From contig CAYIDY010000001.1 in assembly GCA_964362305.1 (NCBI GenBank), positions 1,526 through 65,525 on the forward strand: a DNA stretch of 64,000 nt, given 5' to 3'. Below the pieces are notes generated by a model. The model did not search any database, was not told the DNA's origin, and saw only the letters and a list, made by a program, of their open reading frames with translations. Below are positions 55,887-64,000 of the stretch, piece after piece (within the stretch, counting starts at the first letter, position 1; each line of letters opens with the position of its first letter). The translations under genes and the position numbers were made by a program. Source of the DNA: an uncultured Candidatus Saccharibacteria bacterium (GTDB lineage: Bacteria > Patescibacteriota > Minisyncoccia > Phycocordibacterales > UBA2100).

Positions 55887-56235
55887 TACAGTAGCGTTTA
55901 CCACTTTCGGTAGGTCCATCGTCAAACACGTGGCCGAGGTGAGATTTACAGTGCGAGCACACTGCCTCTGTACGCTCCATCCCATGACTTGCATCACGGA
56001 TGTAATCTATGGCGCCGGGTATAGCTTGGTCAAAGGAAGGCCAACCGGTGCCGGAATCAAATTTTGCACCGGAGCCGAAAAGTCGCTGTCCGCACGCTGC
56101 ACAGTTGAACATTCCGTCTCGTTTTTCATTCAGCAACTCCCCCGTAAATGGTGCCTCGGTTCCCTTCTCGCGTAACACATGAAATTGCTCGGGTGTGAGC
56201 TTTTTCTTCAGGTCGTCGTTGGTGATTGCATTCAT
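55846..56235 (-). CDS. msrB: peptide-methionine (R)-S-oxide reductase
   Basis: Two CxxC zinc motifs (CAACGQRLF ... CSHCKSHLGHVF) and the catalytic RYCINS. Confidence 0.9.
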   Translation of the reverse strand: MNAITNDDLKKKLTPEQFHVLREKGTEAPFTGELLNEKRDGMFNCAACGQRLFGSGAKFDSGTGWPSFDQAIPGAIDYIRDASHGMERTEAVCSHCKSHLGHVFDDGPTESGKRYCINSVCLGFEEEKK

Positions 56236-56294
56236 GCCTCAAGTGTATCAAGAAATTTTGAGAGTGCGCTCCTTCATGCTTAAATGGAGCCATT

Positions 56295-57686
56295 ATGGTC
56301 TTGGTTGAAGGAGTTATTGCTTCCCATGACAAAAAGCCGTTTCGAGGGGTTATAGAAATTGATTCCTCCGGCCTCATCAAATCGCTTTCTAAGCCGAGTA
56401 AATCAAAAAAAGCCGACCACGTGTTTGGACCAGAGTGTCTAATATTTCCTGGCTTCGGTGACGTGCATATCCACGCGCGTGAAGATGAAACTGGTAAGCA
56501 GGTCTATAAAGAGGAATACAAAACTGCAGCGGATGCAGCACTGCATGGCGGGGTTGTACACGTATGTGCGATGCCGAACACTCCGAATCCAGTTGTTAGC
56601 AAGGAGCGTTTCGACTGGCATCGAAAGCGCATCGCCGAGCTTGCTCACGACGTTTCAATACTCAATTATGTTGGCATTGATTCGAGCACGACACCTCTTG
56701 GAAAACCGGGCGAGCATTTTTACAAGCTCTACTTCGGAAAGTCAGTGGGCGACCTCACCGTGACCTACGGAAGCGAACTCGATGTGATTCTTTCACGCTA
56801 CAAAGGTCACAACATATCGTTCCACGTTGAATATGAACCAATTATCCTAGCGAGCGCAGGCGGAAAAACGCATAGCGATCGTAGACCGGTCGAGGCAGTG
56901 AATGAAGGGCTCCGCATTCTTCTTCCGCTGATCGAGAAGTACAAAATACGCGCTAAATTATGCCACTGGTCTACTGGCGGCGAGAGTTTTGAAATGATAC
57001 GTGAATACCGAAAGCGGGGGTGCGACATTGTTCTTGAAGTGTCTCCACTTCATCTTCTCTTCGATACAGCAATGACTGACATAAATCCCGAACTCTGGAC
57101 GAAAATTCAGATGAATCCAGCAATCCAAGCACCCGAACACCGCGCCGCTCTCATCAAAGGCTTAAGAGAAGGGTTCATACAGTTTCTTGCCACCGACCAT
57201 GCCCCTCACACGGAAGAAGAGAAGTTTTCCGCCTTTGCGAAGTTTAAGAGCGATTTTACGGGAAAGACTAACAAAGAGATTGCTCAGATTGTTCGAGAAA
57301 GCGACAAAGACACCTATTTAAATACATGCACAGAAAACAATCACAGCGGGGCGCCATGGCTCGACACCTATGCACTCGTTTGCACGTGGCTCATCAGCGA
57401 ATACGGATTTACTACACAAGACATTGCTCGTGTCGCAGCGTATTACCCAGGAACGTTTGTAAACACGCATCTCAAACGCCAGTTTCCGAGACAAAACTTC
57501 GGCAAAGGCTTTGGCGAAATCAAGAAAGGCTTTGTTGGTTCACTGACGGTCTTGAATCTAAAACAAAAAACAATTGTTATTCGTGAAGAACTGAAATCAA
57601 AATGCGGCTGGTCTGCGCTCGAAGAGCGCACTATGCCCGGCGCCGTGGAAGCCGTCTTTGTAAGAGGAAAACTACTCACCCACTAA
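56295..57686 (+). CDS. pyrC: dihydroorotase-like amidohydrolase
   Basis: Metal-binding HxH (FGDVHIHARED) in an amidohydrolase fold. Convergent with pyrB, with a 4-nt overlap. Confidence 0.8.
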   Translation: MVLVEGVIASHDKKPFRGVIEIDSSGLIKSLSKPSKSKKADHVFGPECLIFPGFGDVHIHAREDETGKQVYKEEYKTAADAALHGGVVHVCAMPNTPNPVVSKERFDWHRKRIAELAHDVSILNYVGIDSSTTPLGKPGEHFYKLYFGKSVGDLTVTYGSELDVILSRYKGHNISFHVEYEPIILASAGGKTHSDRRPVEAVNEGLRILLPLIEKYKIRAKLCHWSTGGESFEMIREYRKRGCDIVLEVSPLHLLFDTAMTDINPELWTKIQMNPAIQAPEHRAALIKGLREGFIQFLATDHAPHTEEEKFSAFAKFKSDFTGKTNKEIAQIVRESDKDTYLNTCTENNHSGAPWLDTYALVCTWLISEYGFTTQDIARVAAYYPGTFVNTHLKRQFPRQNFGKGFGEIKKGFVGSLTVLNLKQKTIVIREELKSKCGWSALEERTMPGAVEAVFVRGKLLTH

Positions 57687-58585
57687 TTCGCAAAGAGAGA
57701 CTTCAACAGTGCCATGCGGATGAGAACTCCGTAACCTGCTTGCTTGAAATACACGGCATGCGGTGAATCATCAACCTCAGGCTCAATTTCTCCTGCACGT
57801 GGAAGCGGGTGAATCAAAATTGAACCCTCTTTCATCGAATCGGTCATAGAGCGAGTGATTGTGTACTGTCCACTGAGTTGCTTAAACTCGTCTTCACTCA
57901 TCCATTCCTTTTGCATGCGCGTTTGATAGACCACATCCGCCTTCTTCATTGCGCCGACAAGGTCAGTAGTTTCTTCAAATCTTACGTTATTCTCGTTTAA
58001 GTGCGATTTAATATCGTCTTTTATAGCGAGCTCTGGCGCTGACACAAATGTCATGTGTATGTTGTTATACTTTGACAAGAGGTACGCGAGCGAGCGAGCC
58101 GAACGATAGTATTTGAGGTTCCCAACAAATGCTATCTCGAAATCATCGGTTCGACCTATCTCACGTTGAATCGTGTACAAGTCCAGAAACGCCTGCGTCG
58201 GGTGCTGTCCTGTCCCATCCCCTGCATTTATCACCGGCACATCAGATACTTTTGCTGCACGCACCGCCGCACCGGCCTCTGGGTGGCGCAGTACAATCAA
58301 ATCGGCATAGTTGTCGACTATCCTAATCGTGTCTTCAATCGTCTCACCTTTTGTTGCCGAAGATGACTCGCTGGCGTTTTCCATCGAGATTACATTTCCA
58401 CCGAGACGCATCATTGCTGACTCAAAAGAAAGGCGCGTGCGCGTAGATGGTTCAAAAAAAAGCGAGGCCAAAATCTTTCCTCGCAACGATTCATCGCGCT
58501 TCCCTTCAAGAGAAGTCGCTAATTCAAACAGCTTTTGGAGTCGCTCTCGGTCAAACTGCTGCGTTTCGTAAAGATGCTGGAGCAT
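57683..58585 (-). CDS. pyrB: aspartate carbamoyltransferase catalytic subunit
   Basis: STRTR carbamoyl-phosphate motif (FFEPSTRTRLSFE), HPTQ, HPLP-like motifs. Confidence 0.95.
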   Translation of the reverse strand: MLQHLYETQQFDRERLQKLFELATSLEGKRDESLRGKILASLFFEPSTRTRLSFESAMMRLGGNVISMENASESSSATKGETIEDTIRIVDNYADLIVLRHPEAGAAVRAAKVSDVPVINAGDGTGQHPTQAFLDLYTIQREIGRTDDFEIAFVGNLKYYRSARSLAYLLSKYNNIHMTFVSAPELAIKDDIKSHLNENNVRFEETTDLVGAMKKADVVYQTRMQKEWMSEDEFKQLSGQYTITRSMTDSMKEGSILIHPLPRAGEIEPEVDDSPHAVYFKQAGYGVLIRMALLKSLFAN

Positions 58586-58756
58586 TAAAAGTATAGTGTA
58601 TATGAGACCATAATATACGCAATGGGCACTATTGACGTTATTCTGTAGTTCGATAAATTGCTTGCGGTCTAGGCTCTTCTTCCCACCGCAGCGCGTAATG
58701 CCGAGATGGTAGCGCAGGGGAGAAGAGTCTAGGCTTTTTCTTTTCTAGCTATCGTC

Positions 58757-59398
58757 TTAGCCCAAATGAGCGTGGTCGTTCCAGGTCTCAAGTCTCCATG
58801 GAGCATGAGTGTCCGATGGTACGTGAGTGACCATGGTCAATCCGGTGTTCATGGTTCTCATGCGACGATCGAGAGATTCAAGCAGTCGCGGACTAAAGTT
58901 ATCACCAAGAATCATGTCTGCAATGAATATTCTCAAAAAGAACCCGTGTGTTACTACGAGAATGTTCGATTCTGAGCGCGACTCTAAAAATTCCCTCGCG
59001 GCTCGCGAGCGTAATCGAATCTCAGAAAACGTCTCACCATCCTCGATACGAGTATCCGTATAAAAGGAACGCTCCCATGAACGTTGGATTTTCTGCACTT
59101 GGGGATCGTCCCACAATTGACCTACTAATCTTGTCGGCCCTTGTCGTTCTACAAAAAGGTCTGAGTACTCGACCGGCTCTTTAACACGCTTTCCGATAAT
59201 TTCCGTGGTTTGAACAGTCCGTTTAAATGGACTCGAAATAATGACCTGCGTTGGAACATGGGAGACTCGTTCTGCAATCATTTCTGCCTGTTTAATCCCG
59301 TGCTCGGTCAAGGGCGCCTCACTTCCGTAGCAAATCGAGCCTGGCGGAGGGGCGTTATTCACTGCTTGCCCGTGGCGCACGAAGTAGACAGTCTTCAT
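58757..59398 (-). CDS. histidine phosphatase (phosphoglycerate mutase-like) family protein
   Basis: RHG catalytic motif (VRHGQA) and a downstream His in THGFF. Confidence 0.8.
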   Translation of the reverse strand: MKTVYFVRHGQAVNNAPPPGSICYGSEAPLTEHGIKQAEMIAERVSHVPTQVIISSPFKRTVQTTEIIGKRVKEPVEYSDLFVERQGPTRLVGQLWDDPQVQKIQRSWERSFYTDTRIEDGETFSEIRLRSRAAREFLESRSESNILVVTHGFFLRIFIADMILGDNFSPRLLESLDRRMRTMNTGLTMVTHVPSDTHAPWRLETWNDHAHLG

Positions 59399-59407
59399 GC
59401 GACCAGT

Positions 59408-60646
59408 TTACAGTACAAACTGACCGTTGTCGTAAATGACTTTTTGAGTTCCGTTTTTGAGATGCGCGGTAACAGTGCGGCGAGTGGTCGAAATGATGTC
59501 GGTGTGAACTGATGAGTCATTAAACCCGAGTTTTTTCGCCTGTGAATCAGATAATTTCGATACATCGCCTGCGAATGTATCGCGGTATGACATGCCAACC
59601 GCGAGGTGTGTATTGCCTTGTGGGCCACCAACGTTTTCATCGTACAATGTTTCTGCCATGAATTTCGTGATGCGTGAGTGACGACTGTCAGTGAGTGAAT
59701 ATTCGCCTATCTTGTCTGCGCCTTCGGTGGCAATCATCTGTTTTAGGAATTTCTCGCCTGTCTTTGCCGTCGCTTTTACCACGCGGCCATTCTTGAACCA
59801 CAATTGAATGCCCGTCATCATAGTGCCGTAGCGATAGAGTGGCTGATTAAAGCGAATCCAACCGTTTGTTCCACGCCAGTCTGGTGAAGTAAAAATCTCG
59901 AAGGATGGCATGTTGTAGCCGCGTCCTGCGAGCCATTGGCGCTTTTCTCCAAGAGTAATCCAAAGGTCGGCATCAAGGCCTTTCACATGAAGCTTATCAA
60001 TCAGTGGCGAAAGCTTATTGAGAGCCTGCTTGTAGTATTCAATTTCTTTGTACACCTTTTTCCATGTCGCAATCGGGTCTTTCTTGTCGAGGAAGCACGC
60101 TTTGATTATCTGGTTCCAATATTCTTTCTCGCTCAAACCTGCCTCTTTCGCCATTCCCGGCGTGCCGTACATGCAAATAGACCATGTCAGCTTGTTCTTC
60201 CATTCTTTTTCATGGCGCCAGTCCATAAACGGCTTCATTACCTTGCCTCGCGACATGATTTTCTTCGCATCAACGCCATCCATCGCGTGCGGGTCTTTTT
60301 CCGCGAGAATAAAAAGCGAGTGGTCCATCTCGTCGACAACACCCTTCAGGTATTTGCCTGGAAAAAATTTGAGCTGCTCGTCAGATGCGTTTTCGTAGAA
60401 ATAACGCGTGTAGTTCATGTTGCGGCGTCGGTCGCCTTTCTCTTCATCCGGCCCGTAATGGGAAATCACATGCCCGCCGGCATCAATAATTGCGTTGTGT
60501 ATTGCTAAAAAGAGAGGCCGGCACGATTCGCTTCCTGAAAGACGTACCACGTCCCCCTTTTTAATCCCCTGCCCTTTTCCAAGCGCGAAGTTGACCATCA
60601 CGTCTGCATATTTTCTTAATATTTTTTCGTTTGGTGTGTATGCCAT
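59408..60646 (-). CDS. M29-family aminopeptidase (AmpS/PepS-like)
   Basis: 412 aa with the thermophilic metalloprotease M29 architecture. Conserved segments GTNGWIRFNQP, HLAVG. Confidence 0.85.
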   Translation of the reverse strand: MAYTPNEKILRKYADVMVNFALGKGQGIKKGDVVRLSGSESCRPLFLAIHNAIIDAGGHVISHYGPDEEKGDRRRNMNYTRYFYENASDEQLKFFPGKYLKGVVDEMDHSLFILAEKDPHAMDGVDAKKIMSRGKVMKPFMDWRHEKEWKNKLTWSICMYGTPGMAKEAGLSEKEYWNQIIKACFLDKKDPIATWKKVYKEIEYYKQALNKLSPLIDKLHVKGLDADLWITLGEKRQWLAGRGYNMPSFEIFTSPDWRGTNGWIRFNQPLYRYGTMMTGIQLWFKNGRVVKATAKTGEKFLKQMIATEGADKIGEYSLTDSRHSRITKFMAETLYDENVGGPQGNTHLAVGMSYRDTFAGDVSKLSDSQAKKLGFNDSSVHTDIISTTRRTVTAHLKNGTQKVIYDNGQFVL

Positions 60647-60696
60647 AGACGCTCAGAGTACTCGCTTCGCGCGTGATTGTCGAGATGTGTTAAACT

Positions 60697-61890
60697 ATGC
60701 ATGAAATGTCGAACGACCTCACGCACGTTGCCATAGTTCTCTTCGTTGCATTTGCGGGAGGGCTCCTCCTCCAGTATTTCCGCCAACCACGCCTCATCGG
60801 CTACATTCTTGCTGGGGCATTTCTTGGCCCCAGCGTACTTGGACTTCAGGCGAATGACCCGACCATTCATTGGCTTTCCGAGCTTGGCATTATCCTCCTG
60901 ATGTTCATGTTGGGGCTTGAGCTCGATATTAGCCGATTTAGAAAAGCTTTAAAACCGGCACTCTTGGTCGCCGGTTTGCAGATTATTGCTGCGCTCGGGA
61001 CCATGTTTGCACTTGGTTTTTGGCTTGAGTGGCCATGGGAGCGAGCGATTATCCTAGGATTCGCGGCAGCTCTCTCATCAACTGCCGTCGCAATGACGAC
61101 ACTTCGCGACCTCGGCGAGCTGAATTCTTCGGCAGGACGCCTTTCGACGGCCATTCTCATCGCGCAAGATTTAGCGGTCATTCCCATGCTTCTTAGCATC
61201 GGCGTTTTGCAGGACGGCGCACTTTCCGTAAACGACATCACGCAGACAGCGCTCGCGCTCACCGTTATTGCACTCAGTCTGTTTGGCATCTTTGAATTGC
61301 ACACGCATCCTCAGTGGCTCAGTCGCATTGAAGGTATTTTGACCGTAGGAAAACGGCAGCCAGTCATAGCAGGACTTGCCCTCTGCTTTGGTGCTGCAGC
61401 GCTTTCAGGGTCGTTAGGGCTTTCGACGGCGTATGGCGCCTTCGCCCTCGGCCTCTTAATCGGCAATATCGGCGAAATCGGTGCATCGTACCGCCACGCT
61501 ATTACCTCTTTGCACGACCTACTTCTAATGGTGTTCTTTCTTTCGGTCGGACTCCTTCTTGATTTAGCGTTTGTTTTGGAAAATGCACTCCTTATCGCAT
61601 TAATTCTGGTCGCCGTTGTTCTTCTCAAGACGGCGGGAAATTATTTTATTCTCAGACTCTTAGATATTCCACAGCGCTCGGCCATGATTATCGGAGCGAC
61701 ACTCGGGCAAATTGGTGAATTTTCATTTGTGATTATTGCTCTTGGCCTTTCAAGTGGATTCATATCAGGCGAGAGTTACCAAATCACACTGGCCGTCATC
61801 GCACTCTCCCTTGCGCTTTCTCCTGCATGGCTCTCCTTGGTGCGTGCTCGATTGCACATTCCCGAGCACTATCCGAAAGTAAATGTGTAG
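60697..61890 (+). CDS. cation:proton antiporter (CPA family)
   Basis: 12-13 TM Na+/H+-exchanger fold without a C-terminal regulatory domain. Confidence 0.85.
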   Translation: MHEMSNDLTHVAIVLFVAFAGGLLLQYFRQPRLIGYILAGAFLGPSVLGLQANDPTIHWLSELGIILLMFMLGLELDISRFRKALKPALLVAGLQIIAALGTMFALGFWLEWPWERAIILGFAAALSSTAVAMTTLRDLGELNSSAGRLSTAILIAQDLAVIPMLLSIGVLQDGALSVNDITQTALALTVIALSLFGIFELHTHPQWLSRIEGILTVGKRQPVIAGLALCFGAAALSGSLGLSTAYGAFALGLLIGNIGEIGASYRHAITSLHDLLLMVFFLSVGLLLDLAFVLENALLIALILVAVVLLKTAGNYFILRLLDIPQRSAMIIGATLGQIGEFSFVIIALGLSSGFISGESYQITLAVIALSLALSPAWLSLVRARLHIPEHYPKVNV

Positions 61891-63644
61891 GCTTTAAGTC
61901 CGGGTCCTTCCACTTGGATTTCAAGTGTGTGCTCACCGGGAACATCGTCATGAATAAGTTTGTAGAGTCGATTTTCTTTCACGGTACCTGACGAGGAAAC
62001 TGCGTCGATATCTTCACCGGCGAATTGACCGACAGGCTTGCCGTCGCGAAGAATTCGGATTTTGACTCCCGCAAGCGAGCTCGCCACCATATACACATCT
62101 TTTGCGCTGTACCGAAATACGATTGAGGCGGCTTCCTTATTCTCGGAATACTCATCCGTGATGTTCCAGCGGCCCTCGAAATACAGTTTATTTTGCTGTG
62201 GGTTTTGTGGAGCAGAAAAATTTTGCTCGCCCTCCTGATACGGCGCCCCATTTGCCAAAAGCTCGTTTCGATGTGCGCCGAAATACACCTCGGGGCTTCG
62301 CACGCCAACTCTCTGGTACGCGGGAATATTTGACGCGACGATACTGGTGTCGACGGCCCCGTTCCCAACTATCATCGAGCGCTCCATTAGTGCACGCTGT
62401 ATCGCTGCTTCGGTTTCCTCGTAACTTGCCTCGCCAATGTGGTCATAGACGATGAAGCCATCGACGTCAACGAGATATTTGCGAGGCCAATAATTGTTGC
62501 CAAGCTCTTTCCAGGTTGCGTATTCATTGTCTAAGATGCTGGGATACTTAATCTTAAATTGCTGCACCGCCCATTCCACATTCTCGATATCTTTCTCGAA
62601 AGCAAACTCAGGTGTGTGAATGCCGATAATCTGCAGTCCGTCTTTCGCATACTTGTCATGCCACGCATTCAAATACGGAATCGTTCGCTGGCAGTTAATA
62701 CAGCTGTACGTCCATATGTCGAGAAGAACTACACTCTTACCCCGAAATTCTCCGACCGTGATAGGTTTCCCTTCGGTATTAACGTATCCTGCAGGCTTCA
62801 TAATTTCCGGTGCTCGCTTATAGAGCTGCTCCTTGCGTGCAATCCGCATATTCTCGTCAAGCGTTAGGAGATTCTCTGTAACTTGTGGCAGCGCTGATTC
62901 TGGCGAGTCTTCCGTCACCCGCAGCAGCCATTGCTCAATTTTGGTGACATCGAAAAATCCGGCATCGAGGATTTGTATCTGCAGTTGTTTATCTTGACCC
63001 GAAATAATAAAGAACGCGACAGCGATAAAGAGAAAGCCTAATGCGCGCTTGAAAAGCCCACGCGGGTCCGCTGCGAATCCAAGACCGTCAGCAAGACGTT
63101 GCCCAATGTAGCCCACGAGGAGAAGCATGAGGCATAGGCCGAGTGTGTAGGCAGACAAATAGACGAGTCCGAGTCCGAAATTCTCTGGAAGCACTGTGGC
63201 TAGAACGACAAAATATGTTGGACTGCATGTCGAGAATACTGGCCCGAGTGCTGCACCCATGAGCACATCTCCCGCAAAACTCTTCTTTTGATTTCCCTCG
63301 CCGAGGAGCTTGTTTGAGCTAATGCTGAGCTTTCCGACAAGCGGCAAATGTTCCCATAGTCCTGGAAATAGAAGTGTCAGCCCAAAAAATCCAACTATGC
63401 TTCCGGATAGCCACGTCCACACATACGGCGGAATACCGATGAGTGCAGTCGACGCTTTTAGGAGCAGTGTAAAGAGTACGACCGATGCACCAAGAGAGGC
63501 GACGATGGTGTACATCCGACGCCTGCTCCCAGAATCTCCTGCTGCTTCGAGCGATCCGCCTACAATGACCGGAAGCAGCGGCAAAATGCACGGCGCAAGC
63601 GCCGTTAACACTCCTGCTAAAAATGAAATAATGAGCAGAATCAT
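61869..63644 (-). CDS. DipZ-like fusion: CcdA/DsbD membrane domain + thioredoxin-like (TlpA/ResA) domain + C-terminal extension
   Basis: N-terminal 6-8 TM with the paired Cys of the CcdA channel, then a thioredoxin fold with CINC (TYSCINCQRTIPYL), then about 230 aa more. Confidence 0.8.
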   Translation of the reverse strand: MILLIISFLAGVLTALAPCILPLLPVIVGGSLEAAGDSGSRRRMYTIVASLGASVVLFTLLLKASTALIGIPPYVWTWLSGSIVGFFGLTLLFPGLWEHLPLVGKLSISSNKLLGEGNQKKSFAGDVLMGAALGPVFSTCSPTYFVVLATVLPENFGLGLVYLSAYTLGLCLMLLLVGYIGQRLADGLGFAADPRGLFKRALGFLFIAVAFFIISGQDKQLQIQILDAGFFDVTKIEQWLLRVTEDSPESALPQVTENLLTLDENMRIARKEQLYKRAPEIMKPAGYVNTEGKPITVGEFRGKSVVLLDIWTYSCINCQRTIPYLNAWHDKYAKDGLQIIGIHTPEFAFEKDIENVEWAVQQFKIKYPSILDNEYATWKELGNNYWPRKYLVDVDGFIVYDHIGEASYEETEAAIQRALMERSMIVGNGAVDTSIVASNIPAYQRVGVRSPEVYFGAHRNELLANGAPYQEGEQNFSAPQNPQQNKLYFEGRWNITDEYSENKEAASIVFRYSAKDVYMVASSLAGVKIRILRDGKPVGQFAGEDIDAVSSSGTVKENRLYKLIHDDVPGEHTLEIQVEGPGLKAYTFTFG

Positions 63645-63650
63645 GCACCT

Positions 63651-63986
63651 TTATTGTACACGCGAAAATACGGTCGCGTATTTGGATGCATCACTGAATT
63701 TCTTGACGAGCGCTCCTGATGCATCGACTTGTACAAATGTGTGTTGAACCGTCACACCATATTTTTGTCGCAGTTCCGTGGCGTTGTCGAAGTCTACTTT
63801 CATGATCGTAATGCCGTCCGGAACGATGTTCGGATTTGCCGCTGCCTCGGCGTCGAGCTGACGACAAATAGGACACCACGCCGCGTGAAAGAACAACAAT
63901 ACCTTTCCGTGTTCTGCGAGTGTAAGCTTGTCCGGACTGTATGTCTGAATCGAGCCTTTCATCATCATTGAATCGTGGTCGGTCAT
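63651..63986 (-). CDS. thioredoxin-like protein
   Basis: WCPIC active site (FFHAAWCPICRQL). It lies 6 nt upstream of the DipZ-like gene. Confidence 0.7.
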   Translation of the reverse strand: MTDHDSMMMKGSIQTYSPDKLTLAEHGKVLLFFHAAWCPICRQLDAEAAANPNIVPDGITIMKVDFDNATELRQKYGVTVQHTFVQVDASGALVKKFSDASKYATVFSRVQ

Positions 63987-64000
63987 CGCATCGTCTTTCA

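Noticed and set aside
1-64000. Scanned for CRISPR arrays, transposase/integrase genes, restriction-modification, toxin-antitoxin pairs and reverse transcriptases
   Set aside because: No regularly spaced direct repeats, no recombinase/transposase-like ORFs, no methyltransferase motifs, and no RT motifs (YxDD) were seen. The window appears to be core chromosome plus lineage-specific surface-protein genes.

Overview
This 64 kb window is a dense bacterial chromosomal segment with about 60 protein genes, one tRNA and no rRNA, CRISPR array, transposase or integrase. GC content looks near 50% by eye. Proteins are compact (UvrA 872 aa; UvrC only 403 aa and lacking the HhH tail), Shine-Dalgarno motifs are mostly absent, and several promoters sit directly on start codons. 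Together with many signal-peptide surface proteins, this suggests a small-genome, possibly CPR/Patescibacteria-like or monoderm-like organism; that taxonomy is inference only. Housekeeping content: yqeY, RRM RNA-binding protein, EEP nuclease, PAP2 phosphatase, NUDIX x2, tRNA-Ala(TGC), ddl, uvrC, carAB, a TPP-enzyme plus aldehyde dehydrogenase operon, uvrA, murB, uvrB, tyrS, msrA, two HlyD/MacB-type ABC efflux clusters, typA, a CsaA-like tRNA-binding protein, DEAD-box helicase, SIMPL and DUF305 proteins, a lysS-EamA-NUDIX operon, a Fur-family regulator divergent from a ZIP transporter, YibE/F, msrB, pyrC, pyrB, histidine phosphatase, M29 aminopeptidase, a cation/proton antiporter, and a DipZ-like CcdA-thioredoxin fusion with an adjacent thioredoxin. 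The most unusual content follows. (1) A tandem cluster at 46760..53200 encodes four secreted, low-complexity Gly/Ser/Thr/Asn-rich paralogous proteins that share an NSGxIxNxTxAxADTGDNxAxG-type module; two carry C-terminal peptidoglycan-binding domains and one carries Cys-bracketed TSP3-like Ca-binding motifs. (2) A 1205-aa secreted protein (5157..8774) has two N-terminal PG-binding domains plus about seven Ig-like repeats. (3) A GC-rich palindromic element built on ATGCAAGGCT/AGCCTTGCAT recurs in three intergenic regions. (4) A 690-bp non-coding region (51314..52006) carries several hairpins and repeats and is an ncRNA candidate. (5) A divergent pair of unannotatable proteins (34550..36742) flanks one of the palindromes. 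(6) A Fur-family operator-like palindrome overlaps divergent, apparently leaderless promoters.
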